Of a DNA stretch of 64,000 nucleotides, positions 16,965 through 26,914 are shown one piece after another. Each line of letters opens with the position of its first letter. Position 1 is the stretch's first letter. The position numbers and the translations under genes are program-made. The notes beneath the pieces were generated by a model. The model saw only the letters and a list, made by a program, of their open reading frames with translations, ran no database searches and was not told the DNA's origin. Location of the stretch: assembly GCA_017416065.1 (NCBI GenBank), contig JAFQDM010000024.1:17849-81848 (forward strand), written 5' to 3'. Source of the stretch: Ruminococcus sp. (GTDB taxonomy: Bacteria > Bacillota > Clostridia > Oscillospirales > Acutalibacteraceae).

Positions 16965-19165
16965 TCCGTTGTGAGCATACTTCTCAGACCGCTGTATCTC
17001 AGAGTACGCACGTTGTTATCTACCATAAATTCTACGGTTTCTTTATTTCCAACCAGAATCAGCAGTTTTTTTGCTCGGGTCACTCCCGTGTAAAGAAGAT
17101 TGCGGTAATACAGATAGCGGGAGTTCTTGATGACGGGGATGATCACCGCATCAAATTCATTACCCTGACTTTTGTGCACGGTACAGGCGTAGCTCAGCTC
17201 CAGATCCTGCACACAATCTCCGTCATAAACTGCAATCCTGTCGTCAAACTGAATCTGCATTTTTCTGCTGATCTTATCTATTTTTTCAATTATGCCGATA
17301 TCTCCGTTAAAGATTCCCTCGCCGTATTCTCCCGTATCAGGCTTGAGCCAGGTTATGTTGTAGTTATTCTTAATCTGCATTACCTTGTCGCCGGTACGGA
17401 AGGTTGCAAAGCCGAAGGTGATCTCATCTTTGCCCTTGGAGGGTGGGTTGAGAGCTTCTCTCAAGGCGCTGTTCAGCTCGTAGGTGCCAAGGATCCCCTT
17501 TCTGCCGGGGCAGAGCACCTGAATGTTGTGGACGGGGGAGAAGTCGTAGCTTCTGGGCAGTCTTTCGCTGCAAAGGCTGACTATCAGATCTCTTGCGGCG
17601 CTGGGGTTTGTGCTTTGCAGAAAGAAAAAGTCGTTATCCTTTGTATTGAGCACAGGCAGCTCTCCGCCAACGATTCTGTGAGCATTGGTGACGATAAGGC
17701 TTTCTCTGGACTGTCTGAAGATCTCTGTAAGAGCCACAACCGGGATCACCTCGGAAGCTACCAGATCCGCAAGAATGTTGCCTGCACCCACGGAGGGAAG
17801 CTGGTTGCTGTCGCCTACAAGGATGATCCTGCATCCCAGAGGCAGAGCTCTGAGCACACTTTCAAAGAGCAGGGTATCCACCATGGAAAGCTCGTCCACT
17901 ATAAGCGCATCACAATTGAGCATATTGAGTTCATTTTTTTTGAATTCCGGCTGGTCGTTCTGATTCCATTGAACCTCAAGGAGTCTGTGGATCGTTTTTG
18001 CTTCGCAATGTGTAAGCTCACTCATTCGCTGGGCAGCTCTGCCTGTTGGTGCCGCAAGAAGTACCGACTGGCCTTTTCGCTTGAGAATCTCAATGATTCC
18101 GTTGAGTGTGGTCGTTTTGCCTGTTCCGGGACCGCCTGTGAGCACAAGCAGACCCTTGCACAAGGCCTGCATTATTGCTTCCTTTTGAAGCTCTGCATAT
18201 TTGATGCTGTTTCTGTTTTCAACTTCCTCTATCAGTTCCTGTGCACCCTTGATAGGGTCAACGGGAAACCGCAGAAGCATTTTCATTCTGGCTGCTATGT
18301 AGCTTTCACTTCTGAACAGATCCGGCAGAAAAATGAACATCTTGTCGTTAATTTCTGTTCTTATCAAAGTGTTGTCTTCAACCATATCGTCAAGGGCGGC
18401 TTCCAACTTGAAGGGCTCCGTTTCAAGGAAGCTTGCGGTTGTGGCAACAAGCTTATCCTGAGGCAAACAGGTGTGACCGGAGCGCCTGTTGTGGGAAAGA
18501 ACATAGCAAAGACCGGCTCTTAGCCGCAGGCTGTTATCTCCTGCAATATCCTTGCCTTTGGCTATCATATCTGCAGTTTCGAAGCTTATGGAGCTGCCGT
18601 CAAAGCAAAGAGAAAACGGATTGTCTTCAATGATCTGTATGGTTTCGTTGCCAAACTTTTTCCAAAGGGCAATTGCATCCTGTGCACCTACTCCGTAGGC
18701 CGCAAGGTATGAAAGCAGATCCCGGATGCTGCTGTTCATTTTAATCTGCTCGCTGAAATGCTTGGCTTTTTCAAGAGAGATTCCTTTTATTCTTGAAACC
18801 CTCTGAGGGTCATTCTCAAGCACTTCCAGAGCTTTTTCTCCGAATTCCTTAACCAGTCTTGCGGCGGTTGAGGGGCCTATTCCTTTGATAGCTCCCCCTG
18901 ACAGGTACTTTAGAATACCCAGTACGGAGGTGGGTACGCTTCGCTCAAATGCAGAGACGGAGAACTGCTGTCCGTAGGTTGCGTGGCTTGTGAACGTACC
19001 GATAAGCTTCAGCTCTTCACCCTCGTAAACCTGGGGCAGAATACCCACAGCTGTGATGCTGTTGTCTTCACAGCCCACTTCAATTACCGTATATTCATTT
19101 TCTTCGTTGCGATAGACGATTCTTTCAACCGTGCCGCATACTTCGTACATTTCTTGATTAGTCAT
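16961..19165 (-). CDS. recD2: ATP-dependent RecD2-like DNA helicase
   Basis: IKGIGP HhH motifs, LTGGPGTGKTT, APTGRAA, IVDELSM, VGDSNQLPSVGAG, YACTVHKSQG; start probably ATG 19165 (RBS AAAGGA). Confidence 0.92.
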   Translation of the reverse strand: MTNQEMYEVCGTVERIVYRNEENEYTVIEVGCEDNSITAVGILPQVYEGEELKLIGTFTSHATYGQQFSVSAFERSVPTSVLGILKYLSGGAIKGIGPSTAARLVKEFGEKALEVLENDPQRVSRIKGISLEKAKHFSEQIKMNSSIRDLLSYLAAYGVGAQDAIALWKKFGNETIQIIEDNPFSLCFDGSSISFETADMIAKGKDIAGDNSLRLRAGLCYVLSHNRRSGHTCLPQDKLVATTASFLETEPFKLEAALDDMVEDNTLIRTEINDKMFIFLPDLFRSESYIAARMKMLLRFPVDPIKGAQELIEEVENRNSIKYAELQKEAIMQALCKGLLVLTGGPGTGKTTTLNGIIEILKRKGQSVLLAAPTGRAAQRMSELTHCEAKTIHRLLEVQWNQNDQPEFKKNELNMLNCDALIVDELSMVDTLLFESVLRALPLGCRIILVGDSNQLPSVGAGNILADLVASEVIPVVALTEIFRQSRESLIVTNAHRIVGGELPVLNTKDNDFFFLQSTNPSAARDLIVSLCSERLPRSYDFSPVHNIQVLCPGRKGILGTYELNSALREALNPPSKGKDEITFGFATFRTGDKVMQIKNNYNITWLKPDTGEYGEGIFNGDIGIIEKIDKISRKMQIQFDDRIAVYDGDCVQDLELSYACTVHKSQGNEFDAVIIPVIKNSRYLYYRNLLYTGVTRAKKLLILVGNKETVEFMVDNNVRTLRYSGLRSMLTTD

Positions 19166-19235
19166 TGCGATTCCTTTTCCTATGGTTTTAGAAAATAAAC
19201 GTATATATAAGCAATTATAATACATTTTATTTTGG

Positions 19236-19595
19236 TTAACAATCTTTTTTGCCAATATTTTGTTTCAAAATTTTACTCAGCTCATCTGTAGTCATCAGTT
19301 CCATAAAATCATATTCCATGCAGGCAAGGTCGGCTATTCTTTTTCCCTCGCGGGTCATATTATCTGCTATACAGATTACTCTTTTTGGCCGCAGATTTCC
19401 CATCCACTTAACGCTTTCTGCGTAGCTTCGCAATAAATATTCGGGGTTGTTACATTCGGAAATCTCAGGAATTATCAGAATCGTAGTGTTTTTGGCAGGC
19501 TTTTTGTATATTGTTAACACCAGTGCCTTTAGTATTCCGACAAAACCTGCCACAGCAAGAATCACCATAATGATCTCCGTTACTATGTATCCCAT
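19236..19595 (-). CDS. Hypothetical protein with N-terminal TM helix
   Basis: 119 aa ORF after RBS AGAGGTG; hydrophobic N-terminus. Confidence 0.65.
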   Translation of the reverse strand: MGYIVTEIIMVILAVAGFVGILKALVLTIYKKPAKNTTILIIPEISECNNPEYLLRSYAESVKWMGNLRPKRVICIADNMTREGKRIADLACMEYDFMELMTTDELSKILKQNIGKKDC

Positions 19596-19696
19596 AAAAT
19601 CACCTCTTTACATAATAAACTTTTCCAAAAAAATTGTGCATGGATTGTTTGCATATAAAGAAGGTGAATGCAGATAATATATTCGAGGTGAGAAAA

Positions 19697-19882
19697 ATGA
19701 TGGACAACAACATTAATAAGAGTATTCATTGTTCAGTTCATAGTTGTGCATACAACAATAATGAACAGGGCTATTGCAAGCTGGACTCTATTATGGTAGG
19801 TACTCATGAATCAAATCCTACAGAAAAGAAGTGCACAGATTGCGAGAGCTTTAAGCTTAAGGGCTGCTCAAGCTGCTGCTGA
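19697..19882 (+). CDS. Small Cys-rich DUF1540-like protein
   Basis: IHCSVHSCAYN..YCKL..I.VG..CTDCESF pattern; RBS GAGGTG before ATG 19697. Confidence 0.8.
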   Translation: MMDNNINKSIHCSVHSCAYNNNEQGYCKLDSIMVGTHESNPTEKKCTDCESFKLKGCSSCC

Positions 19883-19892
19883 TAAAAAGAAA

Positions 19893-19926
19893 AAGCGCGG
19901 ACGGGTATCATCCCGTCCGTTGCTTG
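19893..19926 (+). terminator. Hairpin after the DUF1540 gene
   Basis: GCGGACGGG-TATCAT-CCCGTCCGT stem. Confidence 0.5.
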
Positions 19927-20145
19927 CTTGTCAGGGAAAATCGGGAGCTTTCGGCTGTATTCAGGGGAGTATTGGATTCGGTGTAAAACACTCACTAAAT
20001 ATGTTAATAATAAATTAATATTTTTTATCAATTTTACTTGTTTTTAAAGAAAGTTTGTGATAATATATTAGATGTATAAGTGTTATGATGTTGATTTTGT
20101 GCCTTTTTGGTGCAAAAGACAGTAATTTAAGGAGTATTCAGAAAT

Positions 20146-20907
20146 ATGAAAAAAGAGAATTCAAACAAGCAGGACTATTTTATTATTGACTTTTTACATA
20201 TTGCCAGAACCGTATGGCACAGGATATGGATAGTTATACTTTCAGGTGTGATTATCGGTGCTTTGGGATTTTGCTACGCAACCTTCCTTATTCCTCCCAA
20301 GTACTCGTCTTCCGTAATGCTTTATGTAAACAACAGCTCGTTGCTTGGAAATACTACCTTCAGCATCAGCTCCTCTGAGCTTACTGCTGCACAGGGCCTT
20401 GTCAAGACCTACACCGTTATTCTCAAGAACAGAACCACCATCAACCAGGTTATTGAGAAAACCGGCCTGGATTATACCTACGAGCAGGTTTATCATATGA
20501 TCGATGCCAAGTCTGTAAACGAGACTGAGGTTCTCAGGGTAACGGTTACCAATGAAGATCCCTATGAGGCGGCAGCCATAGCCAATTGCATTGCAGAGGT
20601 ATTACCCGATCGTATATCAGACGTTATTGAGAAAAGCTCAATGAAGGTCGTTGACCTGGGAGTTGTAAATACCAAGAAGGTCGCTCCCAGTATTACGAAC
20701 TATACTCAGACGGGTGTTCTGCTGGGCGGTCTGGCGGCTCTGATAGTTCTTGTGATTCTTGCACTCCTTGACGGTACTGTTCATGACGAAGAGTACGTTC
20801 TCAAGAATTTTGATTATCCCATTCTTGCCAAGGTTCCCAACCTTTTAGGCACACCGGAGAAGAGTTATTCATATTACTATCAGAAAAAGAAGCCTAACAA
20901 GGAGTGA
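20146..20907 (+). CDS. cpsC: Polysaccharide co-polymerase / chain-length regulator (CpsC/Wzd)
   Basis: Two TM helices, PKYSSSVMLYV and VAPS motifs; upstream of the tyrosine kinase. Confidence 0.85.
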   Translation: MKKENSNKQDYFIIDFLHIARTVWHRIWIVILSGVIIGALGFCYATFLIPPKYSSSVMLYVNNSSLLGNTTFSISSSELTAAQGLVKTYTVILKNRTTINQVIEKTGLDYTYEQVYHMIDAKSVNETEVLRVTVTNEDPYEAAAIANCIAEVLPDRISDVIEKSSMKVVDLGVVNTKKVAPSITNYTQTGVLLGGLAALIVLVILALLDGTVHDEEYVLKNFDYPILAKVPNLLGTPEKSYSYYYQKKKPNKE

Positions 20908-21704
20908 TCAGCAAAATGAAGAAGAATAAAAAGTTTTCCATATTTGATTCCAGCATAAGCAAGAAGACCCTACATAAAAACTTGTCTTTTACCGCAACAG
21001 AGCAGTATAAGCTGCTCAGAACCAACCTTTCTTTTACCTTGCCTGATGACATTAAATGTCCCATCATCGGTGTTACAAGCTCAATGAGAGGTGAGGGTAA
21101 GAGTACAACAGCCATCAACTTGGCTTACGTGCTTGCTGAGAACGGTAAAAAGGTACTCCTCATTGACGGAGACCTCAGAATCCCCAGTATCGCAAAGAAG
21201 ATGGGACTCAAGAGTACTCCCGGTCTTACAGATCTGCTTATGGGATTTGAAACTCAGCAGATGAGTTCTTTTAAAACGGATATTCTTGAGAACTGGTACG
21301 TTATCCCCTCAGGAGAGCTTCCTCCCAACCCTTCAGAGCTGCTGGGCTCCAGAAGAATGGAGTCGATCCTAAAGATCATGGCAGAAAAATTTGACTACAT
21401 TATTGTGGATTTGCCCCCTGTCAATATTGTTTCCGATGCGTTGGCCATTTCAAGTCTTATCACCGGCATGGTGATCGTTATCAGAGAGGACTACACAGAG
21501 AAGAAGGAGCTGGAGCTCTGCTTCAGACAGCTTGACCTATCCAACGTCAATGTTCTGGGTTGCGTTCTCAATGAATCAGATAGTGCCGGTGGTACAAGAG
21601 GAAAGTACAAGAGGTATTCAAAGTATTACCGCAAGTACTACTATTCTTCAACCTACGGCGCTTACAAGTCTCACAGTAAGAGCCAGCAGAGTACAGAGGG
21701 ATGA
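20904..21704 (+). CDS. cpsD: BY-kinase (CpsD/Wze)
   Basis: EQYKLLRTNL, GEGKST, LIDGDLR, IVDLPP and Tyr-rich tail. Confidence 0.92.
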   Translation: MISKMKKNKKFSIFDSSISKKTLHKNLSFTATEQYKLLRTNLSFTLPDDIKCPIIGVTSSMRGEGKSTTAINLAYVLAENGKKVLLIDGDLRIPSIAKKMGLKSTPGLTDLLMGFETQQMSSFKTDILENWYVIPSGELPPNPSELLGSRRMESILKIMAEKFDYIIVDLPPVNIVSDALAISSLITGMVIVIREDYTEKKELELCFRQLDLSNVNVLGCVLNESDSAGGTRGKYKRYSKYYRKYYYSSTYGAYKSHSKSQQSTEG

Positions 21705-22396
21705 TAGATTTTCACAGCCATATCCTCCCGGGTGTGGATGACGGCAGCAAGGATGTCAAGGAAAGCCTCAGGCTGATCTCTATGCTCAGAAGGCAAGGGG
21801 TTGACGTTGTTGTTGCTACTCCTCATTACTACGCGGGGAATGAGCCCCCGGAAATTTTTGTTGACAGACGGCAAAAAGCGTATGAACAATTATCCGCAGA
21901 GCTTCCTGAAGGAAGTCCCCGAATTCTGCTTGGAGCAGAGGTTGAATATTATGAAGGGATCAGTAGTCTTCAGGGACTTGATATGCTCACATTTGGCGCA
22001 GATAAGCTGTTGCTGGTGGAAATGCCCATGAGGAAGTGGTCAGAGCTTGCAATCAAGGAGCTGAAGACCCTTTCCTGCGTTAAGGGATACACCGTAATTC
22101 TGGCGCATATTGAGCGATATATGAGGTTCCAGAATCCCGACGTCTGGAAAAGACTCAGGAGTTTTGGAATTCTGATGCAAGTGAATGCAAGCTTTTTTAA
22201 CGGGGTGTTGACCCGAAGAAAGGCGCTTTCCATGCTATACAAGGGTCATATCAACGTTATCGGCTCAGATTGCCATAACGTTGAGAACAGACCGCCTGCT
22301 ATAGGTGATAGCTTTGAAACTATCAGGCTCAAAGCGGGAGAAAAATTTTTATCGGATTTTACCGAATACAACAGATCTTTGTTATTTGTTGAGTGA
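21701..22396 (+). CDS. cpsB: PHP-family tyrosine phosphatase (CpsB/Wzh)
   Basis: MIDFHSHILPGVDDGS, ATPH, AHIERY, GSDCH. Confidence 0.92.
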   Translation: MIDFHSHILPGVDDGSKDVKESLRLISMLRRQGVDVVVATPHYYAGNEPPEIFVDRRQKAYEQLSAELPEGSPRILLGAEVEYYEGISSLQGLDMLTFGADKLLLVEMPMRKWSELAIKELKTLSCVKGYTVILAHIERYMRFQNPDVWKRLRSFGILMQVNASFFNGVLTRRKALSMLYKGHINVIGSDCHNVENRPPAIGDSFETIRLKAGEKFLSDFTEYNRSLLFVE

Positions 22397-22448
22397 TTCG
22401 GTGGGATTAATATTATTTTTGCACATTTTTTGAAAGGATGATTATAAA

Positions 22449-23111
22449 ATGAAAAAGGTATTTGCAATTTGTCTGGCACTTATGATGGTGCTCTCTCTCA
22501 GCGTTAATGTTATGGCTGCTCCCAATTTTGTTGAGAGCCCCACAGGTAACCGTGCACCCATCATCGTTGATTGCGAGAACGAGGATGAGGATTGCACAGC
22601 ATCTATCGTTGTTACTCCCTTCGGCGACAGAGACACCCTCTCTGACGAGCATAAGCAGGAGCTCCAGGATGCTTACGATCAGATCGTTAATTCTGACAAG
22701 CTTACTGATATGTTCTCAGGTATTGAGGATCTGCTCTTACCCGGAATGCTTGAGACCGACCTGTCCATCAGCGATCTTTTCCACATTTACTACGATAACT
22801 GCGAGAATCACCCAACTCACGGAAAGTTCGATATTACACTTTCTACAGATACACTTCAGGGCTTTGTAGGTCTTATCCAGTTTGTTGACGGCGAGTGGCA
22901 GATCGTTACTGATGCAAAGGTTGAGGGTAACCACCTTTCCTTCACATCTGATAAGCTCTCTGCTTATGCAATCGTTGTTGACAGAACAAAGGCAGAGTCC
23001 ACTTCTCCCGTAACAGGAGCACCCACAGCAAGCTACCTTACTGCTGCAGTTGTTTTTGCAGGATTAGGCCTTGCCGTTGTTGCTGTTGTTACAGCTAAGA
23101 AAAAGGCATGA
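22449..23111 (+). CDS. Small acidic cell-wall protein with sortase-type sorting signal
   Basis: Signal peptide; C-terminal SPVTG, hydrophobic helix and KKKA tail. Confidence 0.75.
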   Translation: MKKVFAICLALMMVLSLSVNVMAAPNFVESPTGNRAPIIVDCENEDEDCTASIVVTPFGDRDTLSDEHKQELQDAYDQIVNSDKLTDMFSGIEDLLLPGMLETDLSISDLFHIYYDNCENHPTHGKFDITLSTDTLQGFVGLIQFVDGEWQIVTDAKVEGNHLSFTSDKLSAYAIVVDRTKAESTSPVTGAPTASYLTAAVVFAGLGLAVVAVVTAKKKA

Positions 23112-24127
23112 GAAAGCATCTGACGTTTAATGAAAAGAAGTTTGAACTTAAAAGAATACTGCGTGCGGCCGCAATTATAATTGCGGTTGCCGCGGTTATT
23201 GCAGCAGCTTTGTTTGTTCTCAAATGGTGGGAGAATAGTCAGCAGGGCGGTGTTGTTGTGCCTGCACCTTCAAAGGTAGACGACAGCATTACAGTTGACG
23301 GAGTTAAGTACAATAAAAAGAAAAATATTGAGACCTTGCTTTTAATGGGACTTGATAAATTCGACACAGAGCAGGTCGGTGATTCGTACAATAACGATCT
23401 TCAATCCGACTTTCTGATGCTCTTTGTTATTGACCACGCAAGCTCCTCCTACAATGCTTTACATATTAACCGAGACACAATGGTGGATATTGATATTCTC
23501 GGCCTTGCAGATGAAAAGACAGGCTCTGTCAATAAGCAGCTTTCTCTTGCTCATACTTACGGCAACGGAGGCTCAAGCAGCTCCAGAAATGTAGTGAACT
23601 CCGTCAGCCGATTGCTTAATAACATTGAGATAGAGCACTATCTTTCCGTTACAATGGACGCTGTGCCCTATATTAATGATAAGTTGGGCGGAGTAGAGGT
23701 TCAGGTGCTGGATGATTTTACGGGTATTGACGATACCCTCGTTAAAGGTGAAACCATCACCCTCAGCGGTAATCAGGCACTCACATATGTTCGGGCGCGT
23801 CAGGGTATGGACGACAGCACAAACAGCGCCCGTATGGTAAGACAGCGTCAGTATCTTGAGTCATTGTTCCAAAAAGCATCCTTTATGGCAAATGAGGATG
23901 AAGCTCTTATTGCAGAGGTTACTGAGGAAATGTGGGAGGATACTGTTTCCGACTACGATATCGTTGAGATGCAGGAGGTTTTAACCTGTATTTCCGACTA
24001 TGAATTGGATTCTTTCTGCTCACTGGAGGGTGAGAATAAAAAAGGCGAGAGATATATGGAATTTTATCCCTCTGCAGAATCTGTAAACAATACGATTCTC
24101 AAGCTGTTTTACACATCAGCACAGTAA
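23108..24127 (+). CDS. LCP (LytR-CpsA-Psr) family glycopolymer transferase
   Basis: N-terminal TM, LLMGLD, SDFLML, INRDT, ALTYVRAR..ARMVRQRQYL. Confidence 0.9.
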   Translation: MRKHLTFNEKKFELKRILRAAAIIIAVAAVIAAALFVLKWWENSQQGGVVVPAPSKVDDSITVDGVKYNKKKNIETLLLMGLDKFDTEQVGDSYNNDLQSDFLMLFVIDHASSSYNALHINRDTMVDIDILGLADEKTGSVNKQLSLAHTYGNGGSSSSRNVVNSVSRLLNNIEIEHYLSVTMDAVPYINDKLGGVEVQVLDDFTGIDDTLVKGETITLSGNQALTYVRARQGMDDSTNSARMVRQRQYLESLFQKASFMANEDEALIAEVTEEMWEDTVSDYDIVEMQEVLTCISDYELDSFCSLEGENKKGERYMEFYPSAESVNNTILKLFYTSAQ

Positions 24128-24393
24128 GGGCTGTGTTGGCATTCGTTGCTTTAAAAGCAACGGGATAATACCATCGGATTTGGAAAATTGATCCTGCGAC
24201 TACTGCCGGCTTGCCGGGTAGAGCAGAGATGTTATATATAATTGCAGATAGCAGATCACTTTATTTTTGTGTATGCAGCAGAGTGCGGTATGCTGTGCAG
24301 GTTGCAGGCGCAAAAACGGATTTGCAGTGCAAAATGAATTGGATGCGGTTTTGATCGGAATTCAGCATCCTTGATTGACTGAGGAATAGTATC

Positions 24394-25626
24394 ATGAGAT
24401 TTGAAGCGTTTGAAAAAACAATATGGCTTGCCACGCCGACTAAGCGTGACGATGAACTAAAGTACATCCAAGAAGCATTTGATACGAACTGGATCACAAC
24501 AGAGGGTACAAACCTTGTGGAGATCGAGCGTCAGGTGTGTGAAAAAGTAGGATGTAAATATGCAGTATCGCTTACTAACGGAACGTCGGCACTCCATCTT
24601 GCCGTAAAGCTTGCAGGAGTGAAGGAAGGAGATACCGTGTTTTGCACGGATATAACCTTTGGTGCAACCGTAAACGCTATTATATATGAAAAAGCCAAGC
24701 CTGTATTTATTGATACGGAATACGACACCTGGAATATGAATCCCTTAGCACTTGAAAAGGCGTTTGAGCTTTATCCCGATACTAAGGTGATAATGGTTGT
24801 GAACCTGTACGGAACACCTGCGAAATATGACGAGATCTGCTCGGTTGCAGAAAAGCACGGAGCAGTGATCATTGAGGATGCGGCTGAATCCTTTGGTGCA
24901 ACGTACAAGGGCAGACAAACAGGAACCTTTGGTTCTTATAACGTAATCTCCTTTAACGGTAATAAGATAATCACCGGCTCAGGCGGAGGTATGCTTCTGA
25001 CAGACGACAAGTCTGCGGCAGATAAAGCCCGCAAATGGTCTACTCAGAGCAGAGAGAATGCCGCTTGGTATCAGCACGAAGAGATCGGATACAATTACCG
25101 TATGAGCAATATTGTGGCGGGTGTTATCCGTGGACAGCTTCCTTATCTTGAAGAACACATTGCGCGCAAAAAAGCAATCTATGAAAGATACAAAGAGGGA
25201 CTTCGCGACCTTCCCTTATCTATGAATCCCTATGACCCCGACACAATGGAGCCTAACTTCTGGCTTTCCTGCATACTCATTGACAAGGATGCCATGTGTG
25301 AGCAGATCAGAGGCGAAAACTACACTTGCTATAAAAGTGAATCGGGCAAAAGCTGTCCTGATGAGATCCTTGAGACCCTGGCAAAGTACAACGTTCAGGC
25401 AAGACCTATCTGGAAGCCCATGCATATGCAGCCTGTTTACAGAATGAACGACTTTGTTGCAATAGATGACGAGGGAAGAGGCGTAGTTACCAGCTGGGAT
25501 TCAGACAATAAATTTGACGTAGGCGCAGATATTTTCCAGAGAGGCTTGTGTCTGCCCAGCGATATTAAAATGACTGCAGAGGAGCAGGAGAGGATCATAC
25601 AGATCATCAGAAGCTGTTTTGAGTGA
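24394..25626 (+). CDS. DegT/DnrJ/EryC1/StrS sugar aminotransferase (PglE/EpsN-like)
   Basis: NGTSALHLA, IEDAAES, SFNGNKIITGSGGGML, GYNYRMSN, GLCLPS. Confidence 0.92.
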   Translation: MRFEAFEKTIWLATPTKRDDELKYIQEAFDTNWITTEGTNLVEIERQVCEKVGCKYAVSLTNGTSALHLAVKLAGVKEGDTVFCTDITFGATVNAIIYEKAKPVFIDTEYDTWNMNPLALEKAFELYPDTKVIMVVNLYGTPAKYDEICSVAEKHGAVIIEDAAESFGATYKGRQTGTFGSYNVISFNGNKIITGSGGGMLLTDDKSAADKARKWSTQSRENAAWYQHEEIGYNYRMSNIVAGVIRGQLPYLEEHIARKKAIYERYKEGLRDLPLSMNPYDPDTMEPNFWLSCILIDKDAMCEQIRGENYTCYKSESGKSCPDEILETLAKYNVQARPIWKPMHMQPVYRMNDFVAIDDEGRGVVTSWDSDNKFDVGADIFQRGLCLPSDIKMTAEEQERIIQIIRSCFE

Positions 25627-25633
25627 GGAATAT

Positions 25634-26284
25634 ATGGCAGAAAAGCGGAAAAAAGGATTTTATGAAAAGTACATAAAGGTTGTGCAGGATGTGTTTCTTG
25701 CAGCAGTAGCCCTGCTTGTGCTCAGTCCGGTTCTGCTTGTGTTGGCTGTTCTTGTTCGTACAAAGCTTGGTTCTCCTGTGATTTTCAGGCAGGAGAGAGC
25801 AGGAAAAAACGGAAAGCCGTATTATATGTACAAGTTCCGTTCCATGTCTGATGAGTGTGACGAGAATGGAGAGCTTTTGCCTGACGAACAGCGTCTAGGA
25901 AGATTCGGAAAGATACTGCGCAGTACATCCCTTGATGAATTACCTTCATTGTGGAACGTGATCCGCCGTGATATCTCTCTTGTCGGTCCCAGAAGCCTTT
26001 ACATAAAATATAACCGTCTGTATAACGACAGGCAGGCTCGCAGGCTTGAGGTCCGTCCGGGAATCACAGGCCTTGCACAGGTCAACGGACGAAACGCCAT
26101 CAGCTGGGAAAAACGCTTTGAATATGACGTTCAGTACGTAGACAACATTACTTTTATCGGCGATTGGAAGATAATGTTCAAGACCGTCGGTAAGGTTTTT
26201 AAGAGTGAGGGAATCACTTCTGCAACCTCGGTTACAATGGAAGAATTTAAGGGCACACCCGAAGAGGTAGTTACAGTTGAATAG
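25634..26284 (+). CDS. Initiating phosphoglycosyl transferase (PglC/EpsL-like)
   Basis: FRQER.G, KFRSM, LRSTSLDELP, LVGPR, RPGITGLAQVNGRN; start probably ATG 25634. Confidence 0.92.
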   Translation: MAEKRKKGFYEKYIKVVQDVFLAAVALLVLSPVLLVLAVLVRTKLGSPVIFRQERAGKNGKPYYMYKFRSMSDECDENGELLPDEQRLGRFGKILRSTSLDELPSLWNVIRRDISLVGPRSLYIKYNRLYNDRQARRLEVRPGITGLAQVNGRNAISWEKRFEYDVQYVDNITFIGDWKIMFKTVGKVFKSEGITSATSVTMEEFKGTPEEVVTVE

Positions 26285-26882
26285 ATTTATTATTGTTGGT
26301 GCAGGTGGTCACGGAAAGGTGATTGCAGACAATGCACTTAAAAACGGATATACGGATATCTTCTTTGTCGATGACAATGCAACAGGCGAATGTATGGGAT
26401 TTCCCATTATTGGCAGGTGCAGTGAGCTTGAGGCTTTGAACGACGGAAATACGGATTTTATCATCGGCATCGGAAGCAATGCGATCAGAAAGAGAATCGC
26501 AGAAGAACACAGCATCAATTGGGTTTCCCTTGTACACCCTTCGGTGCAGGTGGCAGTTAACGTCAGCATCGGCAAGGGTACGGTCATAATGGCAGGCGCC
26601 GTGGTTAATGCCTGTGCCCAAATCGGAGAGCATTGCATCATCAACACCTGTGCTGTAATAGAGCACGATAATGTGGTTGGCAGCTTTGCTCATATATCTC
26701 CGGGCGCAAAGCTTGGCGGTACGGTGTGTGTCGGAGACCTGACCCATATCGGAATCGGTGCTACAGTCAGCAATAACATAAATATCTGCAGTAGCTGCAT
26801 CATCGGAGCAGGTGCCGTTGTGGTAAGTGATGCTGTAGAATGCGGCACGTATGTAGGTGTCCCTGCAAGAAGAAGTGAGTAA
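26277..26882 (+). CDS. Sugar acetyltransferase, hexapeptide repeat (PglD/EpsM/NeuD-like)
   Basis: IVGAGGHGKV, EHD..HISPGA and GVPAR motifs. Confidence 0.9.
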   Translation: MNRFIIVGAGGHGKVIADNALKNGYTDIFFVDDNATGECMGFPIIGRCSELEALNDGNTDFIIGIGSNAIRKRIAEEHSINWVSLVHPSVQVAVNVSIGKGTVIMAGAVVNACAQIGEHCIINTCAVIEHDNVVGSFAHISPGAKLGGTVCVGDLTHIGIGATVSNNINICSSCIIGAGAVVVSDAVECGTYVGVPARRSE

Positions 26883-26914
26883 TCACACAAACAGAAGGGA
26901 TTGGTTACTTAATA

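Noticed and set aside
17174-18523. 449-aa plus-strand ORF and many other antisense or nested ORFs in the track (e.g. 13892-14713, 34165-34878, 58639-59244)
   Set aside because: They are shadows of well-supported genes on the other strand or frame, with no RBS or recognisable motifs.
20038-20066. Promoter of the cps locus (TTGTTT-17-TAATAT)
   Set aside because: Weak consensus in very AT-rich DNA with several equally plausible registers; cannot be placed reliably.
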